Made by a program: the position numbers and the translations under genes
The notes under the pieces: model-generated
Databases searched by the model: none
The model's input: the letters and a program-made list of their open reading frames with translations, nothing else
What the model was told of the DNA's origin: nothing
NCBI GenBank assembly: GCA_052325505.1
Contig: JBKQUS010000133.1
Location: forward strand, 1,807-65,806
Direction: 5' to 3'
DNA length: 64,000 bases
DNA from: Limisphaerales bacterium
GTDB lineage: Bacteria; Verrucomicrobiota; Verrucomicrobiia; Limisphaerales; Palsa-1400
Part shown: piece after piece, positions 38,932-48,466 of the stretch
How positions within the stretch are numbered: position 1 is the stretch's first letter
How the letters are laid out: each line of letters starts with the position of its first letter

Positions 38932-40596
38932 ATGCGATTATTCACGATTATTTCGGCTTTTATTTTCAGTTTGGCCGGAGTCGCCCTCCCCGCCGCCGAA
39001 CCTGGCGATACCGTAGTCGTCGTCTATAACTCGCAGATGCCCGAGTCCAAACAAGTGGCGGACCATTATATCGCCCGGCGCCACGTCCCGGAGAATCAGG
39101 TGGTCGGATTGAATTTGACCACGAACGAGGTGATGACGCGAAGCGAGTATCGGGACCAGTTGGAGAATCCGCTGCTCCACTTCCTGGAGGCGGAGAAACT
39201 CCTTGAGTTCGAGCCGGAGGCCGGAGGCGCCGATAGCGGAACGCGAAAATTGAAGGAGATCAAAATTCGTTATGCCGTGCTGTGTTACGGCGTTCCATTG
39301 AAGATTGCGGAGGAAGGATCTTTGAAGGAACCCGGCGCGGAAAAACTGCCGGAAGTTTTCCGCCGCAATGGCGCGGCAGTGGACTCCGAACTTTGCCTGC
39401 TGCCGTGGACCAATTCACACCGGATGCTGGCCGGCTTCACTGCAAATCCGGTTTATGGCGCGACCAACGCGGCCCTGCTCGATCCGTTGCATGGTCTGCT
39501 GATGGTCGCCCGCCTCGACGGGCCAGACGCCGCCATCGCCGGGGCGTTGGTCGATAAGGCGATGGAAGCGGAAAGCAACGGCTTGTGGGGCCGGGCCTAT
39601 TTCGACATGCGCGGACTGACCAACGGCGGGTTAAAACAGGGTGATGACTGGATCGGATACGCCGCCCTGGCCTCCAGCGAGTACGGTTTTGAAACCGTGG
39701 TGGATGACAAACCGGAAACCTTTTCGGCGGGTTTTCCGATGAGCCAAATTGCGCTTTACGCCGGCTGGTATGAACCGAACGTCTGCGGGCCTTTCGCACA
39801 ACCGAATGTCGAGTTCATGCCTGGCGCGTTTGCCTATCATCTGCACTCCTACAGCGCGTACACCCTGCGCCATTCCACCAAATACTGGTGCGGGCCGTTG
39901 CTGGCTGATGGCGCGGCGGCCACCATGGGATGCGTCGAGGAGCCTTTTCTGGACGGCACGCCCAACGTGGGATTATTTTTCGCGCGCTGGCTGGCGGGTT
40001 TCACTTTTGGCGAGGCGGCTTATGCTTCGCAAGGGATGCTGTCCTGGCAAACGACCGTGATCGGCGATCCGCTTTACCGGCCGTTCGGGAAGAATCCGCG
40101 AGAGCTGCACGAGGCGTTGCTGGCGCGGCACAGCCCGCTGATCGAGTGGTCGTACTTGCGCGTCGTGGTTTTGAGCCTGCTCCAAGGCTCGTCCCCCGGC
40201 AAACTGGTGAGGTACTTGCAGGACGTGGATGTGACCAGCCGGAGCGCCGTGTTGATGGAAAAGATGGGTGACTTGTACTTGATGGAAGGCCAAACCAATC
40301 TCGCCCTTCAATCCTGGCAACAAGCGCTGAAACTCAATCCCACCCCGTTGCAAGCCGTCCGCTTGACGCTGGACTTGGGAGACACTCTGGCCTCATCCGG
40401 CAAAATGGATCAAGCCCTGGCCTGGTATGACAATTTTCTCGAAGCCCACCCGGCTTATCCGGACGCGCTGCCCCTCTATCGCAAAATGGAAAACATGGCA
40501 GAGCAAATCCATAAAAGTTCCCAAGCCAGACGTTACGCCAAAGAAATTGAGCGCCTCACTCCCCAGCCGCCCCCGCCCACCCAGCCGGTCAAATGA
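38932..40596 (+). CDS. Secreted conserved hypothetical protein with C-terminal TPR (possibly TIGR03790-like)
   Basis: 554 aa with a signal peptide. The N-terminal VVVVYNSQMPESKQVADHYIARRHVPENQVVGL pattern resembles my recollection of the TIGR03790 family. The C-terminal roughly 120 aa are TPR-like. Confidence 0.55.
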   Translation: MRLFTIISAFIFSLAGVALPAAEPGDTVVVVYNSQMPESKQVADHYIARRHVPENQVVGLNLTTNEVMTRSEYRDQLENPLLHFLEAEKLLEFEPEAGGADSGTRKLKEIKIRYAVLCYGVPLKIAEEGSLKEPGAEKLPEVFRRNGAAVDSELCLLPWTNSHRMLAGFTANPVYGATNAALLDPLHGLLMVARLDGPDAAIAGALVDKAMEAESNGLWGRAYFDMRGLTNGGLKQGDDWIGYAALASSEYGFETVVDDKPETFSAGFPMSQIALYAGWYEPNVCGPFAQPNVEFMPGAFAYHLHSYSAYTLRHSTKYWCGPLLADGAAATMGCVEEPFLDGTPNVGLFFARWLAGFTFGEAAYASQGMLSWQTTVIGDPLYRPFGKNPRELHEALLARHSPLIEWSYLRVVVLSLLQGSSPGKLVRYLQDVDVTSRSAVLMEKMGDLYLMEGQTNLALQSWQQALKLNPTPLQAVRLTLDLGDTLASSGKMDQALAWYDNFLEAHPAYPDALPLYRKMENMAEQIHKSSQARRYAKEIERLTPQPPPPTQPVK

Positions 40597-40608
40597 CACC
40601 TGCTGGAG

Positions 40609-41298
40609 CTATCTTTTCTGATTGTAGCCCGCCTGTAAATATCTCGCGTCCTGCAGACTCCGGGTCATATCCGCGAGCGGTTCCGTGATCTGCAACGGGC
40701 TCCATTCGACGTCCCATTGGTTCCGCGCGACCTCGCACATGGCGGATTGCCAGTCTTCCCGCGTCACGGAAATCGGCGGCGGTTGGATCGATCCCTGGAT
40801 GAGCAAACCGGTTCGCGTCCGCCTTTGAGCTGCGCCCGCGATTTTACGGCCGTGCCACATCAGGTCGAATTTCTCCGCGCCGACAAAACACTGGCCTGGC
40901 ATTTCCTTTTGCGATGACGCCGCCAAGGTGGTGGGGACGCCGACCTGGGCAAACGCGTGTCGAATCCATTCATGAACCCGCCGGTAACTCTCCGCCGCCT
41001 TGAGCCGGTGCCAGGGATGTCGCGCGGGAATGACAACACTGTAAGTCCAATCGGCATCGTGCGGCACCAGGCCGCCGCCGGTGGGCCGCCGCACCAAGGG
41101 ACGCAACAGGGTCCACCGTTCGATGTCCGCGTATTTCTGCGCATAACCAAAACTCGCCGCCGGCTCCAGCCAGCCATAGAATCGCAGCACGGGACGCCCC
41201 AGTCCCGGCGCGCTTTCCAGCAAGGTTTCGTCCAGGGCCATGTTGTAAGCGGCGGTTTGCTTCTCTTGTTGCAGCAAATACCATCCCGGGCCGCTCAT
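40609..41298 (-). CDS. Lipoate/octanoate-protein ligase family (BPL_LplA_LipB domain) protein
   Basis: The ATG at 41298 forms an ATGA overlap with the nth stop. The protein reads [27 protein letters not shown]...RFYGW...RRPTGGGLVPH...GRKIAGAAQRR. Confidence 0.7.
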   Translation of the reverse strand: MSGPGWYLLQQEKQTAAYNMALDETLLESAPGLGRPVLRFYGWLEPAASFGYAQKYADIERWTLLRPLVRRPTGGGLVPHDADWTYSVVIPARHPWHRLKAAESYRRVHEWIRHAFAQVGVPTTLAASSQKEMPGQCFVGAEKFDLMWHGRKIAGAAQRRTRTGLLIQGSIQPPPISVTREDWQSAMCEVARNQWDVEWSPLQITEPLADMTRSLQDARYLQAGYNQKR

Positions 41299-42017
41299 AT
41301 TCGCATCCGCAATTTCTTGCGCTGTTCGGCGGTCAGTTTGGGATTCAGCAATTGGCGGCCCGCCGGGCAATCGGCTTTGATCTCGCAATTCTCGCAATCC
41401 GGATTGCGCGCCATGCAACGCCGCCGCCCGTGCCAAATCAGCAAATGACCGAACAATGTCCAATCCTCCCGCGGGACCAGTTGTTGCAAATCAGCTTCAT
41501 TTTTCTCGGGAGCCGCCTGCGCGCTCAATCCGAGCCGCCGCGAGAGCCGGGCGACATGAGTGTCAACTACAATTCCTTCGTTCATGTCAAACGCATTGCC
41601 CAGGACGACGTTGGCGGTTTTCCGTCCCACGCCGCCCAATTCGGTCAGCTCCTGCATGGTGCGCGGCACTTCGCCGCAATGTTTTTCCACCAACGCCTGG
41701 CAGGCCGCCTTGATGTTTTTGGCCTTGTTGCGATACAGGCCGATGCGGCGGATGTCCTCCTCCAATTCGGCCACCGGCGCCCCCGCATAATCCCGCGCCG
41801 AGGGGTATTTCTTGAAAAGCGGCCCGGTGACGATGTTCACCTGCCGGTCGGTGCATTGCGCGGAGAGAATCGTGGCGATGAGCAACTCCAGCGGGTTGGA
41901 ATAATCCAATTCGCAACGGGCCTGCGGATACGCAGCCCGCAGCCCGAGAATAATGCGTTCCGTGCGCGCGACTCTGTCTGCCGAACGTTCTTTCAACATG
42001 GCGCGAAAGTATGACAT
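41295..42017 (-). CDS. nth: Endonuclease III
   Basis: It has an HhH-GPD core ([25 protein letters not shown]) and a C-terminal Fe-S cluster loop [14 protein letters not shown]. Confidence 0.9.
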   Translation of the reverse strand: MSYFRAMLKERSADRVARTERIILGLRAAYPQARCELDYSNPLELLIATILSAQCTDRQVNIVTGPLFKKYPSARDYAGAPVAELEEDIRRIGLYRNKAKNIKAACQALVEKHCGEVPRTMQELTELGGVGRKTANVVLGNAFDMNEGIVVDTHVARLSRRLGLSAQAAPEKNEADLQQLVPREDWTLFGHLLIWHGRRRCMARNPDCENCEIKADCPAGRQLLNPKLTAEQRKKLRMRI

Positions 42018-42143
42018 TTCGCCTTTGAATCTTCAAGCGACGCCCGCGCTCCAAAACAAACAAATGCAACTAAAGGGTTGGCAAGCGGAGGCGACCGCGT
42101 ATATTTCACCGCGCAATCTGGAAAACTGATTGAATTGAAAATT

Positions 42144-43346
42144 ATGACTACGAAGAGAACAAGCCGTCACCGCGAAGATTTGACCGAAACGCCGGATTGG
42201 CTGCTGAAAAAGAAATGTCCGCACCGTGAAAAGTACCTGGCTGGCAAGCGCATCATGCCCAAGGGCATCACCGGCAGGGAAAAATTCCCCGACCTGATCG
42301 ATGAATGCTTCCTCGCCTACAACTCCGCCCGCTTGCGCGAGGTGTGCCGCTTGTACACCGAGCGTATGCTCGAACCGGATGTGACCCTCGGCATGAGCTT
42401 GTCGGGCGCGTTGACCCCGGCCGGCTTGGGCTGCTCCTCCATTGTCCCGTTGATCAAGGCAGGATTCGTGGACTGGATCGTGAGCACCGGCGCCATTCTT
42501 TACCACGATCTGCACTTCGCTTTGAATCTCCCCGTCCACGTCGGCAGCCACCTCTTTGACGACACCGATTTGCGCACCAACGATATCGTCCGCGTCTATG
42601 ACGTCCTCATCGGTTACAGCGACTGCCTGATGGCCACGGACGAAATCCTCCGCAACATTCTTATCCAGCCTGAATTCCAGAAGGAAATGGGCACCGCGGA
42701 ATTGCACTATCTGATTGGCCGCTACGCCGCCGAATGGGAGCGCAAGGCCGGCCTCAAGGATGTCTCCGTGATGGCGGCCGCCTATCGCGCCGGCGTCCCC
42801 TGCTACACCTCATCGCCCGGCGATTCGACCATCGGCATGAACGTGGCCGGCGTGGAACTGCGCGGCAACAAGCTGCGCATGAATCCGTCCATCGATGTCA
42901 ATGAAACCACCGCCATTGTCCTGGGCGCCAAGCGCTCCGGCGGCAAGAGCGGCGTCATGCTCATGGGTGGCGGCAGTCCCAAAAACTTCATGCTCCAAAC
43001 CGAGCCTCAGATTCAGGAAGTCCTGCGCATGAGGGAGTACGGCCAGGATTATTTCTTCCAGATCACCGACGCCCGCCCGGACACCGGCGGCCTTTCCGGC
43101 GCCACGCCCAGCGAGGCGGTCAGTTGGGGCAAGGTGGATCCGGACCGTTTGCCGGATGCCGTGGTCTGCTACACCGACACAAGCATCGCCCTCCCGATCC
43201 TCACCCATTACGCGCTGGCCCGCCACGCCAAACGCCCCCTCAAGCGCCTCTATGACAAACGGCCCCAGTTGGTCAAGGCCTTGACGAAGGAATATTTCGC
43301 CCACAACAAGGTGAAAATGATCGACGGGTCCGACCCTGCGATCTAG
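42144..43346 (+). CDS. Deoxyhypusine synthase-like protein (homospermidine-synthase-type candidate)
   Basis: The ATG at 42144 gives [12 protein letters not shown]. The motifs [14 protein letters not shown]...[19 protein letters not shown] and PGDSTIGM are typical of the DHS family. Confidence 0.8.
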   Translation: MTTKRTSRHREDLTETPDWLLKKKCPHREKYLAGKRIMPKGITGREKFPDLIDECFLAYNSARLREVCRLYTERMLEPDVTLGMSLSGALTPAGLGCSSIVPLIKAGFVDWIVSTGAILYHDLHFALNLPVHVGSHLFDDTDLRTNDIVRVYDVLIGYSDCLMATDEILRNILIQPEFQKEMGTAELHYLIGRYAAEWERKAGLKDVSVMAAAYRAGVPCYTSSPGDSTIGMNVAGVELRGNKLRMNPSIDVNETTAIVLGAKRSGGKSGVMLMGGGSPKNFMLQTEPQIQEVLRMREYGQDYFFQITDARPDTGGLSGATPSEAVSWGKVDPDRLPDAVVCYTDTSIALPILTHYALARHAKRPLKRLYDKRPQLVKALTKEYFAHNKVKMIDGSDPAI

Positions 43347-43350
43347 GAGA

Positions 43351-44484
43351 ATGACGAAGAAGCAACTGCAGGACATCGCCCGCAAAGAGGGCACACCGGT
43401 GGTGGTGATCGATCACAACGTCGTTCGCGCCAACTATAAATCGTTCCACCGGCACATGCCCCGGGTCCAGGCCTACTACGCCGTCAAGGCGAACCCCGAC
43501 CCGGCCATCGTCCGCAGCCTCTACAAGATCGGAGCGAGCTTCGACGTGGCCTCGCTGGCGGAATTCAGGCTGGTGTACGAGAACATCAAGGGGCTGCCCG
43601 CCAGAGAGCAGCAGGATTTCATCTGGGACAAAATCATTTACGCCAATCCCACCAAGCCGCGCGAAACCCTGGAGGCCCTCGATCAATACAAGCCGCTGGT
43701 CACTTTCGACAACCTCAACGAATTGAAGAAAATCAAGCGGTTCGCCCCGCACGCCGGCGTCGTCCTGCGCGTGCGCGTGCCCAACACCGGCTCAGTCGTC
43801 GAACTGTCCTCCAAATTCGGGGCCGACCCCAGCGAGGCCGTGACACTGATTCAGGCGGCCTTCGACCTTGGACTGGTGGTGGAGGGACTGAGCTTCCATG
43901 TCGGCAGCCAGTGCATGAATTTCGAGAACTTCGTCCAGGCGCTGAACATCTCGGCCAGCGTGATGCAGGAATCCGAGGCGCGCGGCCACAAGATCAAGAT
44001 CCTCGACATCGGCGGCGGCTTCCCCGCCCCCTACCATCGCGACGTCGAATCCATTCAGGTCCTCGCCCGGAAAATCAACGCCGAGATTCACCGCCTTTTT
44101 TCCAAGGACACTGAGATCATCGCCGAACCGGGCCGGTTCGTGGTTGCCTCCGCGGCGGTTTCCATTGCCAAGATCATCGGCAAAGCCCGCCGCGACGGCA
44201 AGACTTGCTACTACATTGACGACGGGGTTTACTCCACCTTTTCCGGCATCATCTTCGATCATTGCCAGTACCATCTCAAAGCCTTCAAGCGGGGCCAGCC
44301 CGAAATCTGCGCCGTCTTCGGCCAGACCTGCGACGCCTTGGACACCATCTCCCTCTCCGAGGATTTGCCCGATTTGGAATTGGACGACCTGCTTTATTGC
44401 GAAGCGATTGGGGCCTACAGCAACGCCTCCGCCACCTGGTTCAACGGCTTCGCCCCCGCCAAAGTCGTTCACGTGAACGAGTAA
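43351..44484 (+). CDS. PLP-dependent ornithine/lysine/arginine decarboxylase (Orn/DAP/Arg decarboxylase family 2)
   Basis: 377 aa. The YAVKANPDPAIVRSLYKIGASFDVAS motif carries the PLP lysine. Also present are DIGGGFP and a C-terminal GAYS motif. It starts 4 nt after the DHS-like gene. Confidence 0.85.
   Translation: MTKKQLQDIARKEGTPVVVIDHNVVRANYKSFHRHMPRVQAYYAVKANPDPAIVRSLYKIGASFDVASLAEFRLVYENIKGLPAREQQDFIWDKIIYANPTKPRETLEALDQYKPLVTFDNLNELKKIKRFAPHAGVVLRVRVPNTGSVVELSSKFGADPSEAVTLIQAAFDLGLVVEGLSFHVGSQCMNFENFVQALNISASVMQESEARGHKIKILDIGGGFPAPYHRDVESIQVLARKINAEIHRLFSKDTEIIAEPGRFVVASAAVSIAKIIGKARRDGKTCYYIDDGVYSTFSGIIFDHCQYHLKAFKRGQPEICAVFGQTCDALDTISLSEDLPDLELDDLLYCEAIGAYSNASATWFNGFAPAKVVHVNE
44418..44484 (+). 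repeat. Copy 1 of a 67-bp direct repeat (last 22 codons plus stop of the decarboxylase gene)
   Basis: Identical to 45247..45313 except for 2 positions (C/G and C/G). Confidence 0.9.
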
Positions 44485-44630
44485 CGGCAATCTCGGCGTT
44501 TTCCATTGAATCGCAGTCTCGCTCTCGCTATAACACGGGGCATGGCACAACGCAACGAGTCGGCGTACACCGTGGCCGTGAAGGTAATTCAGATTTTCGA
44601 CAACGAAAGGACCAAAACAGTGAAGGTCAA

Positions 44631-44954
44631 ATGAGCAACAGGCGCAACATCCTGTTTAATGTCCGCACGCCACTCGGTTTCGCTGTGCGCGTGACACGGG
44701 AGTACTGGGCGATCATTACCACCGTCAAACATCCCGTGATGGCAGGGTGTGAAGCGGAGGTGCAGGCAGTGCTGGAAAGCCCGGAAGAAATTAGGCGTAG
44801 CAAAAATGACGCCACGGTGTATCTTTTCTATCGCAGCCGCCGCACACGGCGTTGGGTGTGCGCCGTAAGCAAACAAGAGGGCCAATCCGGCTTCCTCATT
44901 ACGGCGTACGTGACTGACGCCATCAAAGAAGGCGAAAGAATATGGCCGAAGTGA
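44631..44954 (+). CDS. Small hypothetical protein, toxin-like partner of the DUF2283-like gene
   Basis: 107 aa from the ATG at 44631, preceded by gaagg. It overlaps the next gene by 13 nt. The sequence is MSNRRNILFNVRTPLGFAVRVTREYWAIITTVKHPVM...FLITAYVTDAIKEGERIW. I cannot name the family with confidence. Confidence 0.5.
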   Translation: MSNRRNILFNVRTPLGFAVRVTREYWAIITTVKHPVMAGCEAEVQAVLESPEEIRRSKNDATVYLFYRSRRTRRWVCAVSKQEGQSGFLITAYVTDAIKEGERIWPK

Positions 44955-45166
44955 ATGTTTATTATGACCCGATGGGGCGCACGTTGACCGTTTGGTTCGG
45001 CCGGCCGCAGGCGGAGTGCGTCTGTGAAGAAACGGGCGAAGAAGTGGTGTTGATGAAGGACCACAAAGGCCGCGTCATCGGCTTCGAGCGGTTGAATTAT
45101 CCGGCCACAGGCAAAGCCGCCCAGCCGGTCCGAATGGCCTTCGAAACTCTGGCCCAAACGGATTGA
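44942..45166 (+). CDS. DUF2283-like small protein (antitoxin-like)
   Basis: 74 aa. MAEVNVYYDPMGRTLTVWFG...EVVLMKDHKGRVIGFERL matches the DUF2283 pattern (YD.e.D.l.i.f......dG.i.Gie.l). Confidence 0.65.
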   Translation: MAEVNVYYDPMGRTLTVWFGRPQAECVCEETGEEVVLMKDHKGRVIGFERLNYPATGKAAQPVRMAFETLAQTD

Positions 45167-45246
45167 TGCTTTGATCCTACGCAAAAGCCAGGCCGACACG
45201 CCCCAGATCGGGCTTCTGAAAGCCCGCGTTCCCGACTTGGCCGTTG

Positions 45247-45313
45247 CAGCAACGCCTCCGCCACCTGGTTCAACGGCTTCGCCCCGGCCAAAGTGGTTCA
45301 CGTGAACGAGTAA
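45247..45313 (+). repeat. Copy 2 of the 67-bp repeat (orphan decarboxylase 3' end)
   Basis: It is not preceded by the rest of the gene. It ends with the same TAA. Confidence 0.9.
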
Positions 45314-45556
45314 GTATTTGCCGCAGGGAAAATGTGGAATGACGAAGTCGTAATGATCAATAAAGATCCGAAATGACGATTTGGCAGATGCAGGATTCCA
45401 AGACCCTAAAATTCTCGAAAAAGCCATAAAATCCTTTCCACCCATTGAAGCATAACATATTGGCTTGCAATGTGTTGTATCGCACAAAAGTTTTTCGCTT
45501 TTTGCGGTTTCCTCGGTCGGAATACTCGCCACGGATGCAGATTCGCTGCGCCCGAC

Positions 45557-45620
45557 CAATTGTCAATTATCCATTGTCAACTATTAATTGTAAAAGTCCA
45601 TTGGCCATTTTCATTGCCCA
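45557..45620 (+). repeat. Five phased ATTG-core repeats (period 13-14 bp)
   Basis: The units are CAATTGTCAATTAT, CCATTGTCAACTAT, TAATTGTAAAAGT, CCATTGGCCATTT and TCATTGCCCAACA. ATTG occurs at 45559, 45573, 45587, 45600 and 45613. The array is about 130 nt upstream of the lipoprotein gene. Confidence 0.6.
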
Positions 45621-45746
45621 ACAGAGCCGCAACATGTTTCAGGTTTCAGTTGGTTCGCCAAATTGAAGAGTTCTTGGCATACCAAGATGCTTCTCCATAA
45701 TCCACGGTGGGGTTTTACCCCATAGCGGCCGCAAGGTTTTCAGGTG

Positions 45747-46208
45747 ATGCTTCCGGCCATGAAAAATAATAAAAAATTGCTCATCACGTTCCTCTCTGCC
45801 GCCACGTTCGCGGTGGGATGCAACAAGGAACAAACCGCCTCGCAGCAGATCGACAAGGTTCAAACCGAAACGAAACAGGCCGCGCAGGACATGAAAGATT
45901 ACAGCTTCGCAGAGAAGGCTGAATTCGTCAAAACCATGCAGGCTCAGTTGACCGCCCTGGATCAGGATCTGGATAAACTCTCGGCCAAAATTGACAGCTC
46001 CAGCGACGCCATCAAGGCTGAAGCCAAGCCAAAGCTGCAAGCGTTGCGCGATCAAGCCGCGAAGTTGAATCAGCAGCTTGCCGACGCCCAGAACGCCACC
46101 GAGTCTACTTGGGACAACGTGAAGGCCGATTCAAAAAGAGCTTACGCCGCGTTGGAGAACAGTTTCATGGACGCCCGCCAGTGGGTGAGTGACAAAATCG
46201 CTCCTTGA
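45747..46208 (+). CDS. Coiled-coil lipoprotein, hypothetical
   Basis: It has a lipobox LSAATFAVGC after a basic N-terminus. The rest is Q/K/A/D-rich helical sequence. AAGG lies about 10 nt upstream of the ATG at 45747. Confidence 0.6.
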   Translation: MLPAMKNNKKLLITFLSAATFAVGCNKEQTASQQIDKVQTETKQAAQDMKDYSFAEKAEFVKTMQAQLTALDQDLDKLSAKIDSSSDAIKAEAKPKLQALRDQAAKLNQQLADAQNATESTWDNVKADSKRAYAALENSFMDARQWVSDKIAP

Positions 46209-46885
46209 ACTGCTTCCCGCAAAAGCTGCCTGCATGCCAAACCGCTGCGCAGCGGCACTTTGCCGTTACGTTGGCGGCAAATAAAACGAAAAACATCAAA
46301 CAGCAATGCCCTTCGGAGGTGGAAAGTGAAGTCGCGCGCTGTTGAATCGACTTTGTTCGCGATCCACGCCACTCATGATTGACAGTGGATTGCCAAAGCA
46401 CACGGTGCGTGAACCAGCAGTGAGTAATAGCAGGAGGCTGTCGTTGCGGAGGCTGTCGGCTTACGCGGGGGCATCCATTGTTGCGCTCTTCCTCGTCCTC
46501 GCGATGCTCATTTTTGTGTTTGGTGGTACGATGCTTGATAGCTACGGCAAAAGTGCGGCTGCCCGGGCATTATCCCACTTAGCAGCGGAAAGGCCGAATC
46601 CCCGGGGCAAATTCCATATCTTGACCTGCTCTCCAAGCACGTCAGAGAGACTGCGCCGCTGCTTCCCGATGCCGTGGGGGAATTTCAGGGGCGCCCGGTC
46701 ATGTATTTCCTTGATGCTTGCGGCGGCGATCCGGATGCTAGCGAGCGGTTAGAGCTTCAGCAGCGATTGGCAAATCGCGGAGACCAACGCACCGAGGCCG
46801 AGAAACAGCAGCGAGGCTTTGTGAACGGGAGTCTGGGAGACGCAGTTGACCGCGCTCGCTTCGATGGGGTCTCCCAGAGCGATGG

Positions 46886-47422
46886 TTGCTCGTTGCGCAT
46901 GCTGCAGTAGCGGCAGCGTTTATCATCATCCGAAAGCAGGGATTCGACCTGCGAAACGCAGGGGAAAACGCAATTACCAACCAGTTGGAAGGCGTTCTGA
47001 GAAATGACTTGCTCAATCGCGGAACCGTGGAAGGATTCGACAGACGGTTTTTCGGCCCGGTCACTCGTGGGAGCGAAGTGGAGAACTACAACGGTGAGAA
47101 GATCAGCAAGAAGCCCGACTTGGTGTTCCATCTTCAGCGTGAGAATGCACTTTGGGACCAAAGACAGGACGCGATCTTTGCGGAATGCAAACCCGTGGAC
47201 CGAGACCACTCGCTTTCGGCAAACTACTGCGCGGTCGGGACAGACCGAGTGGGCGTGGAGCGGTTTGTCATCGGCGACTATGCCTGGGCTATCCACATTG
47301 CGCCCATCCAAGTCTTTGCCGTCCAAGACCTGAAATTAGGAAACGGGAGCCAATTCCTTCGGCCCTTCTTTGCTGGCTTGCCGCTATTTGTTCAGGATGG
47401 CTTTTCAGCGAGAAGTTTCTGA
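46886..47422 (+). pseudogene. Possible degraded PD-(D/E)xK nuclease-like gene
   Basis: There is no ATG start, and the frame is closed upstream by a TGA at 46847..46849. The fragment contains KKPDLVFHL...DAIFAECKPVD, a D...E.K pattern. Neighbouring frames (46342..46752, 46674..46910) carry protein-like pieces, which suggests frameshift decay. Confidence 0.3.
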
Positions 47423-47940
47423 ACGACCTCCTCCACATGATGAGGCTGAAGTCCAATTGCGCGAACAATTCCTTTGCGATCCACCACAGCATAGGTGGGA
47501 TAGTAGTGAACATGCCAGGCCTGCTGTGCCGCGAGCGAGACATCACGAGCAGTTGGATATTGAATGCCCCTCTCTTGCACTGTTTGACCCATGTTTTCCT
47601 GGCCACGTTTTGAAGTGCAAACCCCGACGATGACCAAACCTTTTGCTTTGTATTTCTGCAGAAGTTCGTTGTTGTGTGGGATGGCATTCATGCACGGACC
47701 ACACCACGTCGCATAAAAATCCACCACCACGACTTTTCCCTTCATGTCTTGAGCTTTCACCTCGCCGTTGATCCAGCCCGTCAGCTTCAGGGATGGCATG
47801 ACTTTGCCCTCCAGCGCGACATGTTCGGCCCGTAATTCGGGCTTATTATCCCAAGTCCAAGAATCAGGAAATTCACTGGCTTGGAGGGTGAGGGCCAAAA
47901 CCAAGAACGAACCGCCAATACATAGACGCTTTTTTGACAT
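47392..47940 (-). CDS. TlpA/ResA-like thiol:disulfide oxidoreductase (thioredoxin fold), secreted
   Basis: It has signal peptide MSKKRLCIGGSFLVLALTLQA and the active site FYATWCGPC. Confidence 0.85.
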   Translation of the reverse strand: MSKKRLCIGGSFLVLALTLQASEFPDSWTWDNKPELRAEHVALEGKVMPSLKLTGWINGEVKAQDMKGKVVVVDFYATWCGPCMNAIPHNNELLQKYKAKGLVIVGVCTSKRGQENMGQTVQERGIQYPTARDVSLAAQQAWHVHYYPTYAVVDRKGIVRAIGLQPHHVEEVVQKLLAEKPS

Positions 47941-48466
47941 GATTTTAGAATTCCACATGGGCGAAAGCCTGTCAAGCCAACAAATCTGCCTCTAAACCCG
48001 CCAACCTCTCTTCTTGGCGTCTTGGCGTGAGAAAAACGGGCCCTTGCCAATAAACATACTTGACAATACGCCCCCCGACACCCGTTTTCATCAATATTTA
48101 CAGGGGTTTCGTGTTATTAAAAATATATGTCACCGTGACGTGTACACTTTTCTCCATTTATGCCATAATTAAAGGAAAAGTCTGAATTATGAATGAAAAA
48201 TTAAGAACTCCCGCCGTCGCAGGGGGCAGGCAGCATGACGGGTTGGCGCTCATAATCATGAAATCTCCGAATTCAAATTTTAGATTCTCCTGTAACGGCG
48301 TTGGCACGACAGGTCGGCAGTCGGAAAACCGCCGCGGACATAATTTCTCGCCAAAATCGCGCCGGGGAATCCGGGAATTCTCACTTTTCTCGGATACTGG
48401 GCTTTTGGCCACTTTTCGGCTGGAACCTGCTGCCGTGCAAACCATTCCAACTGAAACAGGCCTGTG

